Counted from the first letter of the stretch, positions 1 through 7,238 are shown. The stretch: 32,000 bases of DNA from Pseudodesulfovibrio mercurii (GCF_000189295.2 NC_016803.1:2850001-2882000), one strand, 5' to 3'. A program made the numbers and translations. The notes: generated by a model from the sequence alone, not told the origin.

Positions 1-588
1 GCCGAGGACGTGCCCAACGCCCTGGAGGAGTCCGCGGCCGGGCTCAAGCGCATTGCCGAGATCGTCCGCTCCATCAAGCAGCTGGCCCACCCCGGCGAGC
101 TGGCCAAGGCCTTCCACGACCTGAACGAGATCGTCCGCAACGCCATCACCGTGTCCACCAACGAGTGGAAGTACGTGGCGGGCATGGAGTTCGCGCCGGA
201 CGATTCCCTGGCCCCGGTCTTCTGCCTCAAGGGCGAGGTGGGCCAGGTGGTCCTGAACCTGATCGTCAACGCGGCCCATGCCATCGAGTCCCGGCTCAAG
301 GGGAGCGACGGCCAGGGAATCATCACCATCCGCACCCGGGCCGAAGGGGAGTACGCGGTGCTCTCGGTCACGGACACGGGCACGGGCATGTCCCCGGAGG
401 TGGCGGCCAAGGCGTTCGACCCCTTCTTCACCACCAAGGAGGTGGGCAAGGGCACGGGCCAGGGGCTGGCCATCGCCCACAACGTGGTCGTCGGCATGCA
501 CGGCGGCCGCATCGAGATCGACACTGTTGAGGGCCAGGGCACGACCTTCACGGTCCGGCTGCCCTTCGAGGAGCTTCCGGCGGACTAG
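1..588 (+). CDS. Sensor histidine kinase, C-terminal fragment (HATPase_c catalytic domain); the 5' end lies upstream of the window
   Basis: Frame 1 is open from base 1 to TAG at 586-588. It carries the N box (LNLIVNAAHAI), G1 (VTDTGTGM), F (FDPFFTTK) and G2 (GKGTGQGLAI) ATP-lid motifs. Confidence 0.85.
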   Translation, partial: AEDVPNALEESAAGLKRIAEIVRSIKQLAHPGELAKAFHDLNEIVRNAITVSTNEWKYVAGMEFAPDDSLAPVFCLKGEVGQVVLNLIVNAAHAIESRLKGSDGQGIITIRTRAEGEYAVLSVTDTGTGMSPEVAAKAFDPFFTTKEVGKGTGQGLAIAHNVVVGMHGGRIEIDTVEGQGTTFTVRLPFEELPAD

Positions 589-768
589 AGGGTGTCGTCA
601 CGAGACCTTTCCGTTGCGTTTGTGAAGTATCCCAACTGGCTGCGTTGTCAGGGGAAGATGAATTCTGACGTAGCCTGAACTACGCCTGCAATCCATTTTT
701 CCCTTCCGCCTTGCCCGTTGAAATAATGCACAAAACTCACAACGAAAATCTCATGACGACACCCTCTA
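586..768. repeat. Inverted-repeat-bounded, lower-GC intergenic element (MITE-like or long-range stem)
   Basis: TAGAGGGTGTCGTCA at 586-600 is the exact reverse complement of 754-768. The repeat extends to 20 bp with one mismatch (586-605 / 749-768). The interior 601-753 is about 48% GC by hand count, well below the flanking genes. The outer TAG/CTA triplets are the stop codons of both convergent genes. Confidence 0.5.
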
Positions 769-1779
769 ATCGCCGGGCTCGCGGATGTGGTCCTCCTCCA
801 TGAGAGTCAGGGCGATGTCCACCGCTTCCGCGTCGAACAGCGTGTCCCGTCCCCCGAGGAGGTACCTGGCCGCCTCGCCCCGGCCCAGGCCGTGGCGGTA
901 GGGCCGGTGGGTGATGATGGCGTCGATGACGTCGGCCACGGCCAGAATCCTGGACTGGAGCAGCAGCCCGTCCCCGGTCAGCCCGTCGGGATAGCCGGAC
1001 CCGTCCAGCCGTTCGTGGTGCTCCCGGATCATCCGGGCGATGGGCCAGACCACGCCCAGCCCCTTGAATATCTCGGCCCCCACCTCGGCGTGGGCCTTGA
1101 TGATCGTGAACTCGGCGTCGCTCAGTTCCCCCAGCTTGTTCAGCAGGTGCGAGGGCACGGCCACCTTGCCGATGTCGTGGACCATGGCGGCCAGGCGCAG
1201 CCCCGCCACGTCGTCGTCGGCCATGCCCATGCGCTCGGCGATCATGACCGCGATGTCGGCGGTCCGGTCCATGTGCCCGGAGGTGTACGGGTCGCGGAAC
1301 TCCACCAGCCGGGTGAAGGCGCGCAGGGACTGCTCGAAGCCGTCCTTGAGCCTGCGCACGATTTCCAGCTCCCTGGCGGCCCGGACCATGTCGGCGTGCT
1401 CGATGCCCGCGTCGATGGCCATGGCCAGGTCGTCCGGCTCGGACGGCTTGGTCAGGAAGCGGAAGATGGCCCCGGTGTTCACGGCCCGGATGGCCGTGTC
1501 CATGTCCGCGTAGCCGGTCAGGATCATGCGCACGGTGTCCGGGTACAGCTCGGCCACCCTGGCGAGCAGGGTGATGCCGTCCATGTCCGGCATCTTGAAG
1601 TCCGAGACCACCACGGTGAACGGGCCGCGGGCCGCCATGGCCTCGAGGGCCGCCTCGCCGCCGGGGGCGGTGTGCACGTCGAACCGTCCGCGCAGGGTCC
1701 GGCGGTGGGCCTCAAGCACCTTGGGCTCGTCGTCCACCAGGAGCACCGGGACGTTCTCGTGGGTTCGCGCCCCGGCCAT
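766..1779 (-). CDS. Response regulator, REC + canonical HD-GYP domain (putative c-di-GMP phosphodiesterase, RpfG family), 337 aa
   Basis: ATG at 1779 overlaps the TGA of the upstream gene (TGATG). REC motifs: LLVDDEP, VVSDFKMPDMDG, LTGYAD, LTKP. HD-GYP signature: HDIGK, HHERLDGSGYPDGL, ADVIDAI. The first 278 aa of track ORF 766..2613 are Arg/Pro/Gly-rich read-through overlapping the next gene out of frame. Confidence 0.9.
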   Translation of the reverse strand: MAGARTHENVPVLLVDDEPKVLEAHRRTLRGRFDVHTAPGGEAALEAMAARGPFTVVVSDFKMPDMDGITLLARVAELYPDTVRMILTGYADMDTAIRAVNTGAIFRFLTKPSEPDDLAMAIDAGIEHADMVRAARELEIVRRLKDGFEQSLRAFTRLVEFRDPYTSGHMDRTADIAVMIAERMGMADDDVAGLRLAAMVHDIGKVAVPSHLLNKLGELSDAEFTIIKAHAEVGAEIFKGLGVVWPIARMIREHHERLDGSGYPDGLTGDGLLLQSRILAVADVIDAIITHRPYRHGLGRGEAARYLLGGRDTLFDAEAVDIALTLMEEDHIREPGD

Positions 1780-2927
1780 CAGCGTGCGGTCTCCGGCACG
1801 AGCACGGTGAAGGTCTCGGGGATGCCGACCTTGTCCGCGAACATGTGCATGCGGTCGATCTTGTCCTTGGTCAGCTCCAGGCTCTTGCGCACCAGCAGGG
1901 CCCCCTGGCGGGAGACCACGTCCTCGTGCAGGACCATGCCCGGCTGGAGCTCCCGGAGGGTCACGGTGCGGATGGCGTAGCGCGCCTCCACCCCGAGCAT
2001 GCCCTCGAGATAGTACATGAGCTCGGGATCGTAGGCCTCGATGTTGTCCTCCATGCTCAGGAAGGCCTTCTGCGGATTGTCCTCGCGCTGCCGGGCCAGG
2101 TCGTAGTCCAGGGCGACCCTGAGGATGCGTCCGCCCAGGGGGATGGCGTCCTCCCTGACGTTGTCCCTGGGTGTGCCCGAGCCGTCGAACCCCTTGAGCT
2201 GGTAGGCGATCATGTCGGCTATGGCCCCCAACCGGGGCAGCCGGGTGACCAGGCTCTGGGCGATGACCGGGTGCATCTCCCACATCTGGACCTGCTCGGG
2301 CGAAAGCTCGCCGCCGCCCTCCAGGGTCTCCAGGGTGCCGGGCGGCAGGATGAGCGTGCCGAGCTGGCAGAGCATGGCCGCGATGTCGTAGCGCCACATG
2401 TCCTTGACCCCCTTCCGCTCGGCGAAATAGCGCACGTAGCGGCGCACGCGGTTGATGCGCTCGCCCGCGTGGGGGTTGACCATGGCGGTGAGCTCGCTCA
2501 AGAGGTCCACGCTGCCCTTGAGGGTCTTTTCGAGCAGGACCCGCCTGGCCGTGACCAGCTCGTACTGGCGGACCGCGTCGGCCACGTTCCGGAGCAGGTC
2601 GTCGCGCTCGCACGGCTTGGTCAGGAAGCGGAAGACGTTGCCGTCGTTGACCGCGCGGATGGCGTTGTCCAGGTCCGCGTATCCGGTCAGCATGAGCCGT
2701 GTGGTGTCCGGGCTCAGGGTCTTGAGTTCGTTGAGGAACTCGATGCCGTTCATGCCCGGCATGCGGTAGTCCGAGACCGCCGCGGCATAGGGATTGGCCT
2801 TGTCGATCCTCTTCAGGGCCTGGGCCGGGTCGGACTGGACGTCCACCTCGTACTGTTCCCGCAGCTGGCGGCGCAGGGCGGAGAGAACGTTGGGCTCGTC
2901 GTCCACGAGCAGGATGCGTGGCTTCAT
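1779..2927 (-). CDS. Response regulator, REC + degenerate (probably non-catalytic) HD-GYP-like domain + extra C-terminal domain, 382 aa
   Basis: ATG at 2927 is preceded by AAGGGGG. REC motifs: LLVDDEP, AVSDYRMPGMNG, LTGYAD, LTKP. The middle domain aligns to HD-GYP but has LCQLGT in place of LHDIGK and YQLKGFDGSGTP in place of HHERWDGSGYP. The C-terminal ~90 aa contain LQPGMVLHEDVV..GALLV.K. The rest of track ORF 1779..5501 is an artefact. Confidence 0.85.
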   Translation of the reverse strand: MKPRILLVDDEPNVLSALRRQLREQYEVDVQSDPAQALKRIDKANPYAAAVSDYRMPGMNGIEFLNELKTLSPDTTRLMLTGYADLDNAIRAVNDGNVFRFLTKPCERDDLLRNVADAVRQYELVTARRVLLEKTLKGSVDLLSELTAMVNPHAGERINRVRRYVRYFAERKGVKDMWRYDIAAMLCQLGTLILPPGTLETLEGGGELSPEQVQMWEMHPVIAQSLVTRLPRLGAIADMIAYQLKGFDGSGTPRDNVREDAIPLGGRILRVALDYDLARQREDNPQKAFLSMEDNIEAYDPELMYYLEGMLGVEARYAIRTVTLRELQPGMVLHEDVVSRQGALLVRKSLELTKDKIDRMHMFADKVGIPETFTVLVPETAR

Positions 2928-2929
2928 GG

Positions 2930-4183
2930 CTACCCCCTTTCCAGGATTTCGTTGAGGATGCTCTCGTCCGCGTAGTCGAAGGCCTCGATGTCCCGCCAGT
3001 GGTCGGCGACGTAGTCCAGCCATTCGTGCAGCCGCTTTTCCTCGAACAGCTCCGGGGCCATGTCCTTGCGGATGCGGATGCGGGAATAGTCCTTGTGGAA
3101 GACCACGCAGTGGTGGTCGATGGCGTTGGCCGCGGTGATCACGTTGGGGATGTACCCGTCCGAGGGGCGGTGATCGTGGTGGTAGCCGATGGCGTGGACC
3201 ACCTCGTCGGACATGCCCCACAACCCCATGAGATAGGCGCCCATCTCGGCGTGGCTGGTGCCGAAGACCTGGCGCTCGACGCGGCAGACCGGGCCGCCCA
3301 GGTCGCGGACCGAGCTCAGGACCCGGCCGTACATCTCGGGGAAGTAGTTGATCAGGATGAGCTTGCCCACGTCGTGCAGCAGCCCGGCCATGCGGCAGTT
3401 GACGATGGTCTGCTTGTCCCGCCTGTCGCACTCGGCGATGAGCCGGGCGATGTTGGCCACCCGGAAGCAGTGCTCCCAGAGCATGTTCAGGTTGAGCCCG
3501 GACAGGGCCTGGCCGTCGTAGGAGGTGAACAGGTGGGTGGACAGGATCAGGGCCTTGATGGTCTCGAGCCCGAGCATGGTGATGGCCTTGTGCATGGAGT
3601 CGATGTGCGTGGGCAGGCCGAAGAAGGGCGAGTTGACCAGCTTGAGGATCTTGGCCATGAGCCCCACGTCCTGGGTGATGGAGTCGGCGATGCGGTCGAT
3701 GGACGGCTCGGGCCCGGCCAGCTCGTCGCGGATTTCCTGGAAGATGCGGGGGATGACCGGCAGGGCGTCGATCTCGGTGACCAGCCGGAGCATCTTGGGG
3801 TCGGTCAGGACCTCCTTGGAGCGCAGGGCGCCCTCGATGCGGGCGATCAGGTCCTCGGCGGTGCACGGCTTGGAGATGTACTGGTGCACGGAGCGGATGG
3901 AGCGGATGACCTCGTTCAGGTCCACCTGGCCGGACAGGGCGATGCGGATGGTGCCGGGATAGTCGTCCCTGACCCTGGTCAGGAGCTCGGCCCCGTCCAT
4001 GCCCGGCATCTTGATGTCCGAGATGATGACGTCGAAGGGGGCCTTTTCCAGGGCTTCGAGGGCGGCCTGGCTCGAGTTGACCAGGGTCATGTCCCAGTGG
4101 TCCCTCTTGTTCCGCAGCATGCGGCGCAGGGCGGCGAGGACGTTGGTCTCGTCGTCCACGAAGAGCAGGCGTATCTTGTTCAT
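2930..4183 (-). CDS. Response regulator, REC + HDOD domain, 417 aa
   Basis: The internal ATG at 4183 (MNKIRLLFVDDE) is preceded by AAGGAA. REC motifs: IISDIKMPGMDG, ISKP. The HDOD-like stretch runs LPVIPRIFQEI...VGLMAKILKLVNSPFFGL...ITMLGLETIKALILS, followed by LLHDVGKL. Confidence 0.9.
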   Translation of the reverse strand: MNKIRLLFVDDETNVLAALRRMLRNKRDHWDMTLVNSSQAALEALEKAPFDVIISDIKMPGMDGAELLTRVRDDYPGTIRIALSGQVDLNEVIRSIRSVHQYISKPCTAEDLIARIEGALRSKEVLTDPKMLRLVTEIDALPVIPRIFQEIRDELAGPEPSIDRIADSITQDVGLMAKILKLVNSPFFGLPTHIDSMHKAITMLGLETIKALILSTHLFTSYDGQALSGLNLNMLWEHCFRVANIARLIAECDRRDKQTIVNCRMAGLLHDVGKLILINYFPEMYGRVLSSVRDLGGPVCRVERQVFGTSHAEMGAYLMGLWGMSDEVVHAIGYHHDHRPSDGYIPNVITAANAIDHHCVVFHKDYSRIRIRKDMAPELFEEKRLHEWLDYVADHWRDIEAFDYADESILNEILERG

Positions 4184-4257
4184 GGGGCGGTGTTCCTTGT
4201 TTCGGTGCGGAAAAGCGACTTTCCAATACACCGTAAACGAACTCCACCCCTGGGAGT

Positions 4258-4263
4258 ATTATA
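4258..4263 (-). promoter_or_regulatory. Candidate -10 box (TATAAT) for the three-regulator operon
   Basis: Perfect TATAAT on the minus strand about 75 nt upstream of the ATG at 4183. No convincing -35 hexamer. Confidence 0.25.
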
Positions 4264-4273
4264 AGATGGCCGT

Positions 4274-4294
4274 CCGGCCGGATGGCCCGGCCGG
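4274..4294 (-). terminator. GC hairpin downstream of the MFS gene (possible terminator)
   Basis: CCGGCCGG-ATGGC-CCGGCCGG, an 8-bp all-GC stem starting 19 nt after the stop at 4313. It is followed on the minus strand only by a weak T-containing stretch (CTTATAAT). Confidence 0.35.
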
Positions 4295-4312
4295 GGGCGA
4301 AGGCGCCCGGAA

Positions 4313-5467
4313 TCAGCCCCGGGCGCGGTCGCGGATCTGGCGCGTGGTCAGCTGGGCCAGGGCCAGGGAGGCCAGGGAGAGGCCCACGGCCACCAGGAAG
4401 ACCAGCCGGTAGTCGGCCATCCAGATGAGGCCGCCCGTGACCGGCACGGCCACGGCCGCGATGTGGTTGATGGTGAAGCCCACGGCCATGCCCGAGGCGA
4501 TGTCCTGGGGGTCGGCGATCTTCTGGTAGAAGGTCTTGATGGCGATGGCGAAGTTGAAGACGATGTTGTCCAGGATGTAGAGGGCGGCGGCCACCAGCGG
4601 GTTCTCGGTCAGGGCGTAGCCCAGGAAGATGATCGTCAGGGCCGCGTATTCCACGCTCAGGACCGGGCGTTCGCCGAATTTGTTGATGGACCGGCCGATG
4701 ATCGGGTTGACGAAGTAGTTGATGACGTTGTTGCAGACGAACAGGATGGTCACCTGCTGGATGGTGTAGCCGAACTTGGTGACCAGCAGGAACACGGCGA
4801 AGACCGTGAATATCTGCCGTCTCGCGCCGCTCAGGAAGGTCAGGGCGTAGTAGAGCCAGTACTGCCTGCGGAAGGTCATCTTCTTGAGCTGGGGCGGCAG
4901 GTCGCTGCGCGACGGATCGCGGGTCAGTCCCCACAGTCCGGCGGCCACGGCCACCCCGCCGAGCATGGCGAACATCTCGGTGTAGCCCAGCCCCTTGGCC
5001 AGGAAGTAGATGGCCGCGCCCACGCTGATGTTGGTCAGGGCGGTGATGGACCGCAGCCGGGCCATGACCACCGGGGCCTCGTTCCTGTCGAAGTATTGCA
5101 GGGTCAGGGACTGGTTCATGGTTTCGTAGTAGTGGAAGCCGAAACTCATGAGCAGGGTGGTGAAGACCAGGCCGCCCAGGGAGGGCATGAGCCCGACCAG
5201 GGACACGCCCAGGCCGAGCACGGCCACGGACAGGGCGGCCAGCCGGTGCTCGGAGATGATCACGATCATGTAGATGGCCAGCAGGGCCAGGAAACCGGGC
5301 ACCTCGCGCACGGACTGGACCACGCCCATGCCCATGCCGTCCAGCCCGGCCACCTCCACGGCGAAGTTGTTGAGCAGGGTGCGCCAGCCCTGGAAGGCCG
5401 CGCCGGAGCTGATGACCAGCACCAGCAGGAAGATGTACATGCGCCGTTTCTTGTCTGCGTCCGTCAT
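4313..5467 (-). CDS. MFS-type membrane transporter, 384 aa
   Basis: Internal ATG at 5467 (MTDADKKRRMYIFLLVLVISS...). About 12 hydrophobic helices throughout. The upstream 171 aa of track ORF 4313..5980 are non-membrane Gly/Ala/Arg-rich read-through overlapping the DUF523 gene antisense. Confidence 0.85.
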   Translation of the reverse strand: MTDADKKRRMYIFLLVLVISSGAAFQGWRTLLNNFAVEVAGLDGMGMGVVQSVREVPGFLALLAIYMIVIISEHRLAALSVAVLGLGVSLVGLMPSLGGLVFTTLLMSFGFHYYETMNQSLTLQYFDRNEAPVVMARLRSITALTNISVGAAIYFLAKGLGYTEMFAMLGGVAVAAGLWGLTRDPSRSDLPPQLKKMTFRRQYWLYYALTFLSGARRQIFTVFAVFLLVTKFGYTIQQVTILFVCNNVINYFVNPIIGRSINKFGERPVLSVEYAALTIIFLGYALTENPLVAAALYILDNIVFNFAIAIKTFYQKIADPQDIASGMAVGFTINHIAAVAVPVTGGLIWMADYRLVFLVAVGLSLASLALAQLTTRQIRDRARG

Positions 5468-5542
5468 GGGAATGGAGTCCTTGGTTGCGGGAGCCAGACA
5501 ATAGGGCTTGGACCCGGCAAAGATCAAGTGTAGAATCGCGCC

Positions 5543-5974
5543 ATGCCCGATACGCCCATCCTCGTGTCCGCCTGCCTGGCGGGCCTGCACTGCCGCTACA
5601 ACGGCGAGGTCGCGCCCTTTGAACCCGTGGTGGACCTGGTCCGCCAGGGGCTGGCCGTGCCGTTCTGTCCCGAAATCTTCGGGGGGCTGCCCACCCCGCG
5701 CAGACCCTGCGAAATCCTGGGCGAGCGCGTGATCGACGCCGACGGCGCCGACCGCACCGCCGAGTTCCTGCGCGGGGCCGATGAGGGGCTCAAGCTGGCC
5801 CGGCTCCTGGGCTGCCGCGAGGCCGTGCTCAAGGCGCGCTCCCCGTCCTGCGGCTCGGGCGAGGTCTACGACGGGACCTTCACCGCCACCCGCGTGCCCG
5901 GCGACGGCTGCTTCGCCCGGCTGCTCAAGGCGCACGGCATCACCGTGCGGACCGAGGAGGACCTGGCCGGGTGA
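5543..5974 (+). CDS. DUF523 family protein (TudS-like [4Fe-4S] thiouracil/thio-UMP desulfidase family), 143 aa
   Basis: The N-terminus (PILVSACLAG.HCRYNG) is typical of DUF523. Three Cys are spaced like the TudS cluster ligands (SACLAG, PFCPE, SPSCGS). Confidence 0.8.
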   Translation: MPDTPILVSACLAGLHCRYNGEVAPFEPVVDLVRQGLAVPFCPEIFGGLPTPRRPCEILGERVIDADGADRTAEFLRGADEGLKLARLLGCREAVLKARSPSCGSGEVYDGTFTATRVPGDGCFARLLKAHGITVRTEEDLAG

Positions 5975-6690
5975 GCGCACCGGACCGGTTCGCCGGGCTG
6001 CCCCTGACCGTCAGGGCCAACCCCCGCGCCCGCCGCGTGCTGGTCAAGCTGGTGCCGGGCCGAGGCCTGGAGGTGGTCACGCCCTGCCGGTTCGACCCCG
6101 CCCTGGTGCCGGGCATCCTCGAGGAGAAGCGGCCGTGGATCGAACGGACCCGCGACCGCATGCTGGCCGCCGGGACCGACCTCTCGGGCGCGTTGCCCGA
6201 CCTGCCCGAAACCATCGAGTACCGCGCCTTCGAGCGGACCGTCCGGGTGGACTACCTGGACCGGCCGGGCACGGTCCGGCTGCTGGAGAACGCGGCCCGG
6301 CTCCAGGTGGCCGGACCCGCCGCCGACCGGGAGGCCATCCTCGACGGCCTGCGCCGGCACACCGTGAAAAAGGCGCGCGAGGTGCTCCTGCCCTGGCTCG
6401 ACCGGGCCAGCCGCGCCACCGGGCTGCCCTACGAGGCCCTGCGCGTGCGGCGGCAACGCACCCGCTGGGGCAGCTGCTCGTCGCGCGGGACCATCTCCCT
6501 CAACGCCAAGCTCCTGTTCCTGCCCGCCCCCCTGGTGGACCACCTGCTCCTGCACGAGCTCTGCCACACCCGGCACATGAACCACTCACCGGCCTACTGG
6601 GCCTGCGTGGCCGGATTCCAGCCGGACTACAGGCGCCTCGAACAGGAGGTCACCCGGGGCAACCGGTACGTGCCCGCCTGGTTCCTGTGA
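5971..6690 (+). CDS. DUF45 / YgjP-like M48-type zinc-dependent hydrolase, 239 aa
   Basis: The GTG start at 5971 overlaps the upstream TGA (GTGA). It has the RWGSCS motif and the HELCH (HExxH) zinc motif near the C-terminus, as in the YgjP family. Confidence 0.85.
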   Translation: MSAPDRFAGLPLTVRANPRARRVLVKLVPGRGLEVVTPCRFDPALVPGILEEKRPWIERTRDRMLAAGTDLSGALPDLPETIEYRAFERTVRVDYLDRPGTVRLLENAARLQVAGPAADREAILDGLRRHTVKKAREVLLPWLDRASRATGLPYEALRVRRQRTRWGSCSSRGTISLNAKLLFLPAPLVDHLLLHELCHTRHMNHSPAYWACVAGFQPDYRRLEQEVTRGNRYVPAWFL

Positions 6691-6828
6691 GCCCGGCCCC
6701 GATATTCCCCCCCCCCTCCCGCCACCCGATCGCCCTTCGCCCTCACTCTCACCGAGCGCACGCGACAACGCCCCCGCCACACCGGCGAAGCGCACAAAAA
6801 GTTTGGGAAAATGAAGGGATGGGGGTCC

Positions 6829-6881
6829 GGGGGAAGGGGAGGAAAGGACCCTTTTCAAAGGGTTTTTCCTCCCCTTCCCCC
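6829..6881. repeat. Long G/C-rich extragenic palindrome (REP-like hairpin) between convergent genes
   Basis: GGGGGAAGGGGAGGAAA (6829-6845) pairs perfectly with TTTCCTCCCCTTCCCCC (6865-6881). An inner CCCT/AGGG pairing adds to the stem. There is no flanking U-run on either strand, so it is not a canonical intrinsic terminator. Confidence 0.6.
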
Positions 6882-6905
6882 GGCCGCCGGAGGCATGCCG
6901 TTCGG

Positions 6906-7145
6906 CTAGCTCTCGGCGTCTTCGAATTTGGTCCGGATGATGGCGGCGTCGTCGGGTCCGGCTTCGAGTTGCAGGGATTTGGACTGGCCGTGGCAGCGTA
7001 CGCCCTCGTCGGTCAGGGTGATGTATCCGGCGGACAGGGCGGTGGTGTAGGGCATCTGTTCGCGCATCTCGTCGAAGTTGATGCGGCTGGGGAAGATGAC
7101 GGGCACGGCCGCGCCGGAAAAGTCTTCGAACATGATGTATTTCAT
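6906..7145 (-). CDS. Small hypothetical protein, 79 aa
   Basis: ATG at 7145 is preceded by AAAGGAG at 7-nt spacing. Third-position GC bias is like the neighbouring genes. No motif recognised. Confidence 0.75.
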   Translation of the reverse strand: MKYIMFEDFSGAAVPVIFPSRINFDEMREQMPYTTALSAGYITLTDEGVRCHGQSKSLQLEAGPDDAAIIRTKFEDAES

Positions 7146-7238
7146 GGTGGGCTCCTTTGGTGCGATGGAGGATAGCCGCTGGCCGTCCGCAGATCAAGAT
7201 GTTGCCTGAACCTGTCCGACAGGATACACGTACACTCC

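Noticed and set aside
598-696. 32-codon minus-strand ORF (MDCRRSSGYVRIHLPLTTQPVGILHKRNGKVS) inside the inverted-repeat element
   Set aside because: It is very short, its codon usage is unlike the genome, and it has only a marginal SD-like GGAAGGG. There is no way to support it without expression or conservation data.
2928-5501. N-terminal ~860 aa of the 1240-aa ORF 1779..5501, with similar 5' extensions of ORFs 766..2613, 4313..5980 and 25677..28439
   Set aside because: These extensions overlap well-supported genes in other frames and have an Arg/Pro/Gly-rich composition. Each real protein begins at an internal ATG with an SD sequence and a recognisable N-terminus.
7211-7223. 13-bp palindrome CCTGTCCGACAGG, 16 nt upstream of the GT9 start codon
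   Set aside because: It is too short and isolated to assign as an operator, and it could simply be a small leader hairpin. It is mentioned under the orphan-gene finding only.
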